Assembly: GCF_037042905.1 (NCBI RefSeq)
Contig: NC_087260.1
Span: forward strand, 22,382,001 to 22,446,000
Direction of reading: 5' to 3'
Origin: Lytechinus pictus
Taxonomy: Eukaryota
Length of the DNA: 64,000 nucleotides
The notes beneath the pieces were generated by a model. The model was not told the origin of the DNA and did no database searches. It saw only the letters and a program-made list of their open reading frames with translations. A program made the position numbers and the translations under genes. Shown here piece by piece: positions 1-13,300 of the stretch. Numbering within the stretch: the stretch's first letter is position 1; each line of letters starts with the position of its first letter.

Positions 1-334
1 TTTAGACAATTTAGGACACTATTTTTCTTCTAAATTTCTATATTTTAAGTTTTTACCCTCGAACACAAATTTCTTCATATACATGTATATCATCCTTATT
101 TTTTTTTTTTTTTGAAAGGAACAGGTAAAAGTCTTAACATCAATGAAATATGTTAGTTGTGTGGTAATTTTGGATTACAAACTGTTCGTCAGAGTTATAA
201 ATGCAGTCGAGATTCAAGATTCAGGTGAATAAAAGATGTATCTGACAAGTAATAAGTATTTGTTTAAATTGTTTGATTATTTGGTTATTGCACTGACGAT
301 TTCATGTCCTGGATTTTTATGCATTCCATTACAG

Positions 335-369
335 CCAACCGAAATGCAACTCAACATCAAGACAGTATG
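335..369 (+). CDS. Putative small internal exon of an upstream receptor-like gene (5' part lies before the window)
   Basis: Acceptor cattacag at 334 and donor gtatgt at 370. The 35 nt read (x)CC-NRNATQHQDSM and end in phase 0, matching the phase-0 acceptor at 1875. Confidence 0.4.
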
Positions 370-1874
370 GTATGTTCATTATTATCTCCTTGATTATTTT
401 GTTTTTACATAACACTGAATAATGTATTTATAATTAGGTATTTTTTCTAGGTAAAAGAAAAATATAGAGAATGGAAATTATTCAAAAATTAATATGATAA
501 TGGTTCAACTATTAGTTAAGTATAATACTATTATTTGTTTTAAACGTAATAGTGAATAATGCCTTCATTATAAGGTATTTTTTTTCTACTTAAAAAAATA
601 TATCGAAAATGGAAATTAAAAATTAATATGAAAATGGTTCAACGTTTAGTTAAGTATAATAATATTAATGTACTTGTATACCTATGTGTAAACTGTGTAT
701 TGATATTAGTATTTTCCCCCTTGTTTCATATTATGTTTTTAAAACTGATTTAGTATCTTTAAAAATCCATTCTGATAGTTTAGAAAGGCAAAATATGACA
801 AAATAGTTATCGGCACAATGGATATCTTAGCAATTTATCGCTTTTTCGATTAGGTCCTTTACATCTTTATACAAACATTCCAAATAAGATGTCTGTTAAG
901 TATTAAGAATCTTTTTTACGTTCCCGATATAACATGGTTTGCACATTTCTAATGCCCATACATTGAATAGAATACATATAAATGAGAATGCAAAGAGAGC
1001 ATAGTCTGTAATAGAATATTACTCGGGAGTGATGAAATTGTTACCATCATCTGTGTATTCCCATTGGTTTGTTTTTTTAAAATACCCTTTTTAGAGCATG
1101 CGGATACTTACGTCAAGTGCTCATACTTTTTTTTTGCCTTTTTTTTTATTTTGTGGTAATTTATTATTGTGTTCACAATTCATTAGCCTTTTTCAAGATG
1201 CTGCAATGCTCCTGACAAACTTGATTTACCAAACTATTTTATTTTATCAATAGAAGTGCATAATCATATAATCTCATTATCGTCATTTCACAACATACAG
1301 TACATAAAATAATACAGACATGGACGCTAGACGTAGCTTTCAAAGGTATCTCATTTAATGCTAGCTTTCGGCCAGTAGGGCCTTTATCAGGCCTTTATGT
1401 ATTGAAACAAACAAAACCATACTAATAAAATCATAATAACAACAATGTAAATAAAGAGTAACAACAAGTACAGAACAGAAGGATAACAATAAATTACAAA
1501 AAATAACAAAAGAGGAGGTAATGGATTATACGAGATGGTTGAGTACAATAGAAAAAGATTTGATAACTTAAACTGTGAAGAAAGACATATTAAGGCAAAA
1601 AGGCAAGACATGGTATAGCGTTCATGCCTGGATTCTTTTAAGCCATGACGCGCTGCAACACACTTCGTGCACAGGACCCTCTTCATAATATATGTATTGT
1701 TTTTGTGGGGAGGGGGTGAAAATGCCTCTATATTAGAGTCGTAGTAAATGAGATGACAACTACCACCCCATAAAATATGCATGGTCTAAGTGAACATTGG
1801 GGTAACTAAACAATTGCTTTGAGATAATCTCGATCTGTTAAAAAAAAAACAACCCATCCATTTTGTTATCAAAG

Positions 1875-2120
1875 GAGGGACAAGAAATCTATACTGAACT
1901 CGCAAAGGGCCGGCCATCGCACTCCTCAGGGCAAGGTACAAGCTACTACATGGACCTAAAGCCCACCAATCCTACATCAACCGCCGAAGCGACCTCCGAA
2001 GGCAGGGGAGACCATGACTATGAAACTCCCAATGTTTCTAATACCGCATATATGGATGCAGACAGTAAAGACGGACACAGGCCAAACCATGACTACGTAA
2101 GCCCTAGTTCTTCTCCATAG
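1875..2120 (+). CDS. Terminal exon A encoding a tyrosine-motif-rich cytoplasmic tail of a receptor-like protein
   Basis: Acceptor ttgttatcaaag| followed by EGQEIYTEL...YYMDL...DYET...YMDA...DYVSPSSSP*. Spaced Tyr motifs in low-complexity S/T/D/E sequence are typical of receptor tails. Confidence 0.65.
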   Translation, partial: EGQEIYTELAKGRPSHSSGQGTSYYMDLKPTNPTSTAEATSEGRGDHDYETPNVSNTAYMDADSKDGHRPNHDYVSPSSSP

Positions 2121-3020
2121 GGTTCTGAAAGTCAATAGTGGGTTTTCGCCCAGCGTCGTACGACGTAGAACGTACGTGTGCAAAAATCGCCAACTTTCAT
2201 GGAAACAGAGGCCCGAGCGTTCTTGAGCTCAAATCACGGACGGTTCTTCCGCAAATTAGCGGGCGTCCGCATTAGAACGTAGGATTTGTCAACAGCCGTC
2301 AACAGCCAATCAGATCGCTTGTAGAGCGAGCAAGCTGAGCCGATCGATGTAAACACATTCGCCCATCGCGTGCATGCACATGTTGTACTCTACTCTGACT
2401 ACACTGATAGCTGAAAGCTTCAAAACATGGACTCGAATGCGAGTTTTTCGGTGAGTACCATTTCAATTATACTAAAATCAAGCTAAGTATAATTTCAAAA
2501 TGTTACAGTAGAAGTTTAAACGAGTATGATTATTGAAATATGATTGAAAAGCCGTTGCATGGCTCGGTCGACGACGCGACTGCAAGACACATGGCACTGC
2601 CAGTTGTGTGCACATAGTAGGAACATATACAATGCACATGTTGGCGTGTCAACATTACATGCCAACCATGCCAGCCGGTCGATCCGGCCGCGTTCAGCGA
2701 TTTGCGAAACTGCTTACAAGCGAGAGTTGAGCGCGACGGACGCACGAACAAAGAGATCGTTCTACGTCGTAGATAGCGTCGTACGACGCTGGGCGAAAAC
2801 CCACTATTATATGAATACCGACGGTATGGTACTTGAGAGTGAGCCTGATGACCGACAGTCCATCAACCATCTTCACTCGGGAGAAGGAGATGGAGATGAG
2901 ACTACGACTCACATTTATATGGATATGAAACCTATGCAGATGCCGTCAACTTCTCTTGGTGTGTCTTCCATGGAAGATGACCTACCGGATACAGAAGAAG
3001 TTGTGTATGCCAATACATGA
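2121..3020 (+). pseudogene. In-frame continuation or alternative terminal exon B of the same tail, interrupted by a MITE
   Basis: Removing 2138-2804 plus one TA joins GSESQ-YYMNTDG...IYMDMK...EEVVYANT* in the same frame as exon A. Confidence 0.5.
2138..2804. mobile_element. MITE with ~28-bp TIRs and TA target duplication
   Basis: GTGGGTTTTCGCCCAGCGTCGTACGACG at 2138 and its reverse complement ending at 2804, each flanked by TA. The interior is CpG-rich. Confidence 0.85.
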
Positions 3021-6000
3021 TAAATGATAGGAATTTGCGACTCATGAGACTGGGGACATTTTGTTCTTTCGCACGAAATAAGGAGAAATTGTCAATCACC
3101 TAAGATTTCCTCTAAATGAAAGTAGGAACTCGAGTTAAGGTTGAAAATAAACTTTGCCTAAAACAATAGAAATGAGATGATTTTGTTTTGTAATAGGGCT
3201 AGATATACATTTAATATGTTTAATGCTCCAAAAGAGACATATAAAAAACCTTAAAGTTCAATTTGTATTGGTGGCAAAGTTTTATCATATTCAAATAAGC
3301 AATTCAGTATTTTCCATCATTTTGTTTGATTCGATTCCTTCATCTAGTACACAATATGCAAATTTGATTAATAAACCCATCCCCAATTTTGATGCTACAT
3401 ATTTTAAATTTAAGAACTACATGTAGTATATGTCTGATTAAAAACATGACAACACTTTTACACACCTTTTACACGTAAGAATCACATGAATGCCATGTAA
3501 GTTTATTAAAATTAATGATGAAGAACAATCTGTATTAATCGTATATTTTCAAGTGACAAATATGTTTTCTACGCTTTTCCTGATAAGAAGAAAACAAATA
3601 TTATGGCATTGCTGTCATTTATTTAACACATGCTTTCTGTACGTAAATCCATCGATTGATCGTCTTCAATTGAGCGTAAGGTGAATCATGCAGAGTATAA
3701 ATATGTATTTTGTTGTTGCACATGTTTAAACATGTACATATTAAACACCAAAAATATATTGTCTTATTAACAGACGAATTTCAAACTTGTTTCTACTCTG
3801 CTACTGATTTTTTTTAAATATATCATCGATGTTTTTATTTAATAATATATATATATATAATAATTTTGATATCAAATTTTGAATTAAAACATAATATGCA
3901 ATGTAAATTAATAACGGATTATGTTACCCTTACTACGGCGTTTCTAAATTAAGACTTAGAGTCATGTTGTATGATGACTTTGGTGTTTCTTCTACCAAAA
4001 CAAAACGATATCTTTTACCATACGTTTCTTAATGAACAAAATTGCTTCAAAACGAAATCAAGTTGTGAAATATAAATGTTGATATAATTATAAATAAATA
4101 TGTTTATTAGTGTAATTGTTGCTTTCGAATGAAACTGATAACCTAGAAGATTTACCGTTGTGAACTGTATCGATGAAATCAAGATGATATTATGGTGATA
4201 CTGTGAATATATCAACCCCATTACAAATATTGATACTGCATTGCTATGATACTACACGGATGAGCGTTACTTGTCATATCTTTTATTGCAATTTAGAAAT
4301 AAGTAAGTAATCTATGATGAATTGCATTAGTTTAATCCTGTATTAACTTTTTTTGTATATATTCTACAAAAAAGATGAAGTCATCAGTTTCTATATTAAC
4401 CTTCACAATTTCCAATTGTTGAAATTAACTATGAACATTATATCGTAGTATAGTGCCATATATTTTAGCATTTCACATTAAACTCTTGTAGATAAATTTC
4501 AGTTGCAGAGATAATTTCTCTTTTAATTAACGTAGTCATTATTCATTCACTATTATACCAATTAATTTAGGCATACTAATATACGGGATAAGTATATTTT
4601 TAAATGAAAATAACTCAATCTTAATAAACAGTTTTGATTATTAATAAGCATCATCATTCAAATATACTCTACTTTTGTGCAGACATGGTAGAAGCTTAAT
4701 AAACGCACTGTAGATTTATCATTTACATTATTCATTACTATTCTATATTACGTGCGACATTCCCTTGGTAGACAGAGATGTATTTGATGAAAAAGTTGGA
4801 TTATCGATAAACTCCATCATGATAAATGCACTCTATAATGCGTACACATTGAGATTCTTTTATTATTATTTATTGTTCATGCGACATTCCATTGGTAGAC
4901 AAAAATGTTTCTAGTACACTAGTAATGCTATTTTTGTTAAGTCTTGAATATTAATTCATATAATGAAAATGGTATGTTGTAGATATCGTGGTTTTTTTTC
5001 CAAGCATGCCCAGTGCCATATCCATTCTTTTGCTCCCATTGGATGCAAAACACATGACTCTTCTACTATTGTTATGTCATGTCTACGAAGATGTTATTTG
5101 TCTTCGCATTAAACTTTTTTGTTTTAAACCGGTAAAAATTCTGAACATCGTGACGCAAATCAAATTGCAAAAAAGAAAGGAAACAAATAGAAATATTGAT
5201 TAACCGTTGCCAGCATTGGGGTTCACAGCTGCCTGCGTGATGCTCTGCCCTGTGCAGCATTTCATAAAACAAAATAAAAAATGATATGAGCCAATCAGTT
5301 GTAAAGATTTCAGTGGCTTATCACAAATTATAGTCGGTAATATCAATGGATACGTGGAGCAGTTTCATGAAATGTTCCCCCTTTCCACATCAGGCATGTC
5401 TGAGATACCCGTGTCCTACCAGTTACATGTCTTTTGAACGTGGGTAATGTCAAGGAGGTATCGATATAGTGATTCATCCTTGGTAAAAACATCTACTAGT
5501 AGGTCCATGGTAAAATCAATTGTTTGAAAGTATCGCCTGTACGTCATTAAAGATAACATTACCATGCGTCAACATGAAAAATTCTTGCAGTGCACTAATA
5601 AATTGTTCTGTTTCATTATAAAACTCCGTTAAGAATATTTCTTTGTGTGGACTCATTCAATTGATCAGTTTCCTTTGTACCCATGTCAATAAAAAAATGT
5701 GTAATAATGATAAACATACTTTGTTCACTTTGTGAAGAGATTCCTAATTTGGATAGGGACAGAAATAAACAGGGTGGGATGGAAACTGGGAGTATTATAA
5801 TATGTAATACCCCTTATCAAAAAGTTGGGGGTGAGCGACCACTGGGAAATATGGAAGTAAATGAGAAAATTACTCGGAAAATGAATAAAAGAGCAGGGTG
5901 GATGAGTAAGTGGGTGAGTTATCTAAAAGAGATGCATGGGAACATGCAGAGCAAAAGAGAGGGGATGGGATTCCGTAACGCAAGCTATTAAATCAGGACT

Positions 6001-7103
6001 GAAGATTTGATTATTAAAGATGAAGATAGTTTGACCAATTAAATCAAGTTAGATCTGTTCAGGCAAGCACTTTCAAAATGTGATAATGCCAGGCTAGTAT
6101 AGTCCCGTAAACGTGAAAACAAAATCATCCACAACAAGCTAGAAGTAGTTTTATGAGTGATTAGAGAACGATTCTGGTGTTTCTGTACGATGATGCGATC
6201 CTATTACGTAAAGTAAGATCATAATCACTTTTGTAATTAACATGTACTGATAGATTAAACTTCAAATTTTTAAGGGAATTTCTTGAAAACCAATTCATAA
6301 TGGAATAAATGAAACTAAACCATATGTTAATATTGATAAGATTTATGATCTTCACTGGTAGAGAAAACAGGGTACCTCCAAATGTAAACGAAATTGAGGA
6401 TAAATTAATTGAAAATAGAAAATAAGAGAAAATGCTTGCATTGGAAAGGGGAACTTTGTTATTTCACCTTTATAGGAAATGGCAACACTTTGAAGAATCA
6501 TCCTTATAGTCCTCTACCCCAGGAGCAGTCCTTCCGAGGTGAGGTTTTTATTATTTTTGTTTTATTTCATTTGGGTTTTTTGTTCCTGTTTTTATGTGTT
6601 TGTTTTATGTGTATGTTTGTGTTTCATAATTATATAGATTTTTTGTTATATGAAGAATATTTAATTATGCTTTCTTATTCCCTTTGTGATTATAAATTGT
6701 TAAATAAATACTTTTTACGGACGAAATATGTCTTAAGTGCTAGTTTATTCGATCAGGCTAGAATATATATCAAAACCTTCTGCTATAGTGACTGTTGGGA
6801 TTACTCCTTCAAAGAAACAAACCAAAATCAATTTTGAGCTGCTGATGGGGTAACATTATTGGCGGAAGCTGGATCCGCCCCTGATGTGGAGTGTAGGCCT
6901 ATTATAAAAAATGATGTTGATCATTTGTATGTGTTGAAAATGAGAAGGGAAAATTGAACTAGACTTTTGTCAAGACCCTCGGTGTTGCTTTAAGTGTCAA
7001 CCAGGGTCTGTTTTTGCAGACTATAGCATGATGAGTTGGTGAGGCGTGGTTTGCATATTGGCCACCCGGTACAACACTAAGGCCATACCCCTCATTGCGT
7101 GAT

Positions 7104-7153
7104 GTCACTCATAGCGACCGAAAACGCTGTGTTGCCAAGTCTCTTGGACACAC
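7104..7153 (+). promoter_or_regulatory. RFX X-box-like motif(s) in the EFHC2 proximal promoter
   Basis: GTCACTCATAGCGAC at 7104-7118 and GTTGCCAAG within an imperfect palindrome at 7128-7153, about 200 bp upstream of the ATG. RFX factors regulate ciliary genes. Confidence 0.4.
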
Positions 7154-7336
7154 AATAACAACCGGTGATTTGCGTGCAAAGTGAATGGAGTGTGTATAAC
7201 ACATGCGAAAAATAAGTGAAGAAAAGAAAAATCAGTCACTCAGATCAGCCGCAGCTAGTGGAACAAGGCGAAAGGAGAGAATAACACAGCGCTGGACAAG
7301 TTTTAATAGCTAATTTAAGTGACATTAAGTCATAAA

Positions 7337-10300
7337 ATGTCGTTACCATTTTTACCAGGAAATTCCTTCAACCCCAGGGTAAGTTTCATAGACAGAGGAA
7401 AACGAAGTGCTGACTGAATTTTGTGGCAGTGCAGCTCCAGCTAGACTCCCTACCGTAGAGTCCAGTGGGGCAGCGCCAATGGCCCAATTTGATTTTGAGA
7501 ATGAGATGAGTGCCGATGATGGCGATGGTGATGTTGAATGTGTTTTGATTAATCATGCCCGGCATCATGGAGATTGAATTTTGGCGAACTGAAATGAAAC
7601 TTAATATATGGGACTGGGTACACTCACAAGTCACAGTATCACAGCTAAACTGAGATTAATAAATGGGAAAAAATCCAGTGCCCAGTAAGGAAAGAGTTCT
7701 AAACAGTAAACTATTATTATTTGGCCGGCAAGACTTCCAAATGTCCCCTCCGATCGGATTACGGTCCCCTCCAGGCTCCACTAAAAAAGTAAACTAAAAT
7801 TGAAAAAAAAATATGGAGAAGCCAGAAGGTTTATCAAGATTAAGAATTATCTGACAGAGATTTAGGAAGGAAAAGTTAGATACAAATTACCGGTAGGCCT
7901 ACCTCAAGCAATGTTCGTGCAGGCTCCACTCCTCTTCACTACAGTCAGTACAGGCAGCTACACTAGTCACTACGCTCCACCTACCCGAACATCAAGATCC
8001 AAAACTCGCTCTGAATCTGATACTCCCGAGCACTCAGTCACATGTATTGCGAGGTTTACTATTACCTCGCACCATGAGCCGCGTTTGGCAGTGAATTTCT
8101 AACTAGTGGGTTGCACGTGCTGAGATCCCACTTCTGCCTCTGGTGTACAACACACGACTTCTAGTTCTATGGCTTGATTTTTCTGTGCGCGGCGGCATGT
8201 AATGAACCCTGGCCTTGGGTGACTCCCGAGTGGCAAAGTTGGGGAAAAATTGCACATTTTTTGTAAAAATCCTACACCGAAACTTGCTTAAAAAGAATAA
8301 GAAGCTTAATTTCTTACTTCTCATCCTAATTCAACTCCAATTAGTCCAAATCCATTCCCCGGTTAGCCTCAAAATTTGTGATTTAGAGCCAACATCGAGT
8401 TCCTCACGGCTCACAGGTATAAATAATTCGCTGCCGATTTCAAAACATTGCATGCGCGAGGGTCTAGCTCAGAACATCTATGTATTTCAGGTGTAAATTT
8501 TGTTGTCGTTGAGTATCTTCTTTTATTAGAATCGCACAGATATTCGTGTACGCAGACGAGGGCTTTGCCTTTGGGGCACCTTACCATAATAATTAATAGA
8601 TCCACCTCAAAACAGGCCCAAATAAATAAAAAATGGACATCATGCACCCACCTCAATTTTATCGATGTTTTTTCACAGGATCCCTATCATCAAAAAGTAG
8701 TATTCAGGAGCTTGACCCTGAAAAAAAAAAAATAGTGCGGCATCCATTCTCTCCCATTCAAAATTGCACACAAAATGGTAAACTTGTACTTGAACGAATT
8801 CCAAGTTAGAACTGAAGTTAATGATCAGAAGATCTGCCCACGGCAGCTCACCAGTTTGCATGTTTTTGGTTGCTAACTTCAGTCCAAGAGGTGGGTGCAT
8901 GGTTTCCATTTTTTTTCAGTATTTTGGGCGGGTGTTTTGAGGTACATTTCCGGTACTCTGCGTCACAAAAATCAATTTGTGTGACTGCTGGCGTTGAGCC
9001 TACCTGGGTTAACATTAGGTTAGCTGAAATCTGTCTGTTTGGAGGAATTTCTAAACAAGACGTACATGTAATTAACACAGACAATTTTTAAATACTAAGA
9101 GTAGATACTAGGAGTAAATCTACAGGGACAGGGACGGATTTGATTTTAGTCATTTTAGAACAATATCACTGAAGTTCAATCATTTAACATTTATGGGGAC
9201 AATCTCACACATTTGTTGAATGAGTCAACAATTGACATTCTCTAAAAATACGGTATAGAATCTAGATATATAAGTCTTGAGCCAACAAAAACAAAGTGTC
9301 CAATCATGGTATTTAATTTTTGTATCTCATTTTCCTCTCCCATATTTTGTCAGTTGGGGAAAGATAAATTCCACAAGTCGCAGCACTTCGACTACAGTAA
9401 TGAAGTACCCATGATGGTCGGAGAACACAAGCCAGGCATCGGAGGTGACAAACGACTTGGACAGAAGCTCAAGCCTGAGACAAGCAGCATACCCCAGGGC
9501 CAAGGCAACTCATCTCCGTCCTGGGTGGCCTTTGACAAGCAGGTTCTGCACTTTGACGCCTTCTTCCAGGAGGCTGTTCATGAGATGAGGCAACAGTATC
9601 GCATCAGGAAGTGCAAGATCTATTTCTATCTTGAGGACGATTCCATTCAGGTCATCGAACCTCTGGTTGAAAACAGCGGTATCCCACAAGGTATGTGATT
9701 AATGATAATAATAAGGTGCTTATAATGTAATACTGGTATTTCTATGTGCAGAATTTCCAGTACTTGGTACTTGGTATGATGTTCCACCGAAATACTCCAA
9801 GAAGAGTTTTAACTGGAGGTGTACACATCTACTAGTTAATTACTGGAATCAACAATAAAAATGTAATCAATTAACCTCTTATTCATAGGAATCAAATCGA
9901 TAATGAAATATCCAGATATACAGAAAAGAGAATTATTGCGAATACCTACTTCTCCATTTAGGCCAACAAGAGCTTACATACAAAGTGGCAAAATCTAATT
10001 ATAAAGAAGGATAGGTTTTAAGGAAGGGTTGTAATAAAAAACGTTTTTTATTAAAAAAAACAAATAAAACGTTTTTTATTGTTTTAAAACGTTTTAAATC
10101 GTTTTAAAACGTTTTTTTTTCAACGAATGATGCAATTTTCTATAAATCAATTAAACTATACACTAAATACAGTATGATTTAAGCTCTTGATGTTTTAAAT
10201 AAGAGATGACCACAATTTTGTTAATGAATTTCCAACAGAAAAGTTCTTATTTTTCCCAAAATTACTAAATCATGGAAATTGAATGCCTACAAAAAAAAAT

Positions 10301-13300
10301 TTGTTGATATTTTATTCCTAATACATGTACATATACATGTAGTCCTGAGGTATATTAAGTCTTGTCAATGGGGGGGGGGGGGCAAGAAGAATTTGCACAA
10401 TGGAAGAAATTGACGTACATGGGGTTCAAAGCTTAATTTCATTACAGTTGCTTTATTTCATTTGAATCAATTATACCAATTTTAGTGCATGAAATACAAA
10501 TTCTATTAAAATCCATAAATAAAGCCCTTAAACTACTTATTTTTTAATTCAGGAATTCTGATCAAGTGTATATTTAAAAAAAATCAGTATAGAATGTTTT
10601 TTAACCCTAAAAAGACTGGGGGGGGGGGCTGATTCAGCACCCCTCGTCATTTTTTCGCGATAAGTTTGGACAATACATGGGGTTTCAAAGCTTAATTTCA
10701 TAACTGGTAAATCAATATGCTTTATTTCATTTTTCGCGATAAATCCGCTGTGCATTTTTCTCCGCGTCACTCAAATTGTTCTTTTCCGAGTCTCACGCAA
10801 CTTTTGGGACCCCCTGGTATGGGGTTCCGAAATTACGCAACATTTTGTAAGTGCATGCAGACCCAAAATTGCTCAAAAACGTGAATTCGTGTACGAATCC
10901 AATGCAAATAATGTTTTTAGCCAAAATTCATAAATGTGTCATTAGTTTTCCTTTTACCAATGAAAATCAATTAATTTCACCTTGTTTATGGTCAAAATAT
11001 AGCCCCTTACTATTTCCATTGAAAAAATAAAATACATAAAAAATAAATGTGATGTTGGATTTTTTTTAAGAACATTTGATCACATTCATATAAAGAGTTT
11101 GTGAACCAAAAATGAGCATTTCACTTTTTCAGGGGCATTATTTAGATAATTAGAGCAAACTTCTGATCTTACACATAAATTAGCAATGAGATTTATGCAC
11201 AATTTGATTTATAGTTTTTTTTAGATTATGCCATGGGTAATGCATGTGCCAATTTTCGTTGTGATCCCGCGATCGACGACCCAGGTCATAAGCCCCCCCC
11301 CCCCCAGTCTTCTAGGAAACGAAATAGCCCAGTCTATTTAAGTTACTGGTAATGTTTTGTTTTAACTTTTTACTTTTCTAATGTGCAGATTTTTAAACCT
11401 TTTTTTATTAGTAATAGAAATTTTTGGCAATAATTTTAAAATCATAAACAATAAGTAAAATAATGATACAGATACAAATTTTGGCAAGAACTCACATTGG
11501 GTTTATACATGAAATCCCGTTTTTGAGCAATTCGGGATCTGATAATATGCAATTGTGGTGTATATCATAACTGCATACCCATGCATGCATCCCCAAAAGG
11601 CATGGCCCTGTCGTGATTATGGATTTATAATAGAAATTTTTAGGGGCCATTAATGTCTCCTGGAATTGTTAGGGTTAAGGTTTGCTAGCTGATTATCTAA
11701 TACTGTTTAAAGTACCTTTCTTCATCTTTACGAAGCACAAAGTTTTACCTGCTTTTGTGTGTATGGTGTATCTCAAGAGTATGATGTCAGGCTTACAGTC
11801 ATCTGTAAAATATTATTGTGCTTGTGCAACACTTCCATTTCATTCAAGTACTTCTATTACATGTACATGTATTTAAGCTCATTTTAAAGTGTTTCTTTCC
11901 CTGTCCAAAAAGTGAGCACAACACTCAGATATGTTTGTTAAAATGAGAATAATCTTAATATGGATTGATGTGCACAATTGAACAGGGAGAAGAGGAACAT
12001 GACAAAGCAATGGAGAAAGAAAGAATGAAGGGGGAAAGAGAAAGAGGAGAAAAGGAGTGGTGTTGAAAAAGAGTTTTAGTTAGTTAGAAGAAAATAATAC
12101 TAATAACAGTATAAAAAAACAGCATTCATCTAAAATTACATCCAGGCAAATTGTTTTAAAACACGTTTTTTTTGTAAAAAAAACGGGTGTTTTAAAACGC
12201 GTTTTAAAACATGTTTTAAAACACACCGTTTAAAACGCGCCAACCCTGGGAAGGTTGTTAGATGTTATTTGGCATTATTAATGTTTCAGACAATTTGAAT
12301 CATGATTAATTTAATGCAACTTACGGTCATATTGGATATGGTGCATTCCAGAGATAAATTTCTTGTATAGAAATGTCTAAGTTTGATTAATTGAATATTT
12401 AGACAAAGGATGTGATGTCATGTTTTCCAAGAAGTCACTAGCACTTGCTCAGTTCATGGCATGTGATTGTCTAAGCTCTATTGTTTATTCCAGGAACCTT
12501 AATCAGACGGCATCGTATCCCCCTTCCACCTCCAAATGATGACCAGTTCTACACAGTCAATAATTTCAATGTCGATCAGGAAATAACACTTTACGGGCGA
12601 ACATTCAAGATCACAGGATGCGATCAGTTCACTTACAACTTCCTCAAGAAACTTGGAGTTCGCATCAAGGCTCCTGTGGAAACACCAGCTGATCCGTATA
12701 CCAATGTTAGGAAAGGCGTAAGTAGCAGAATTCTTAAAGGTCAAGTCCACTCCAGAAAAATGTTGATTTGAATAAATAGAGAAAAACCAACTCAATGCTG
12801 AAAATTTAATCAAAATCGGATGTAAAAGAAGAGAGTTATGAAATTTTAAAGTTTCGCTCAATTTTCACAAATCATTGATATGCACAACTTAGTGACATGC
12901 AAATGAGACATTCAACGTTCCTCATTAGTTCTTTTGTTTCTTATAATTTGAATTACGGAATACGATATTTAATTTTTACAGATTTGACAATGAGGACCAA
13001 CTTTACTGAACCATAGTATTAAACAATGCTAATTCCGCATGTTCAGGGAGGAAATAATCGTTTCACTTGACATGTCTTACAAACAAATCTTGTGAAAAAT
13101 AGGAATTGGATGGGTACTCTAAGATCCGTTTTACTTTTGCTAATTTGAGGGACTTGATTTGTCATTTTTCTGTTTCAAACATCTGGCCTTTTTAAAAATT
13201 ATCCATTATGTATTGTGTTTTGTAAGTTCATTGGGGATAGAGATTTGGCATTATTATTACTCATTATCTAGAGGTTGCTATATCTGCTTTATCCATGGAT

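Noticed and set aside
2544-2804. N-terminal half of the 158-aa ORF 2544-3020
   Set aside because: It lies inside the MITE. Only the part after 2804 resembles the receptor tail.
10024-12248. Possible 2.2-kb hAT-like element (gggttg ... caaccctg with aaaacgtttt subrepeats)
   Set aside because: The left terminus is imperfect and no 8-bp TSD could be found, so the boundaries cannot be supported.
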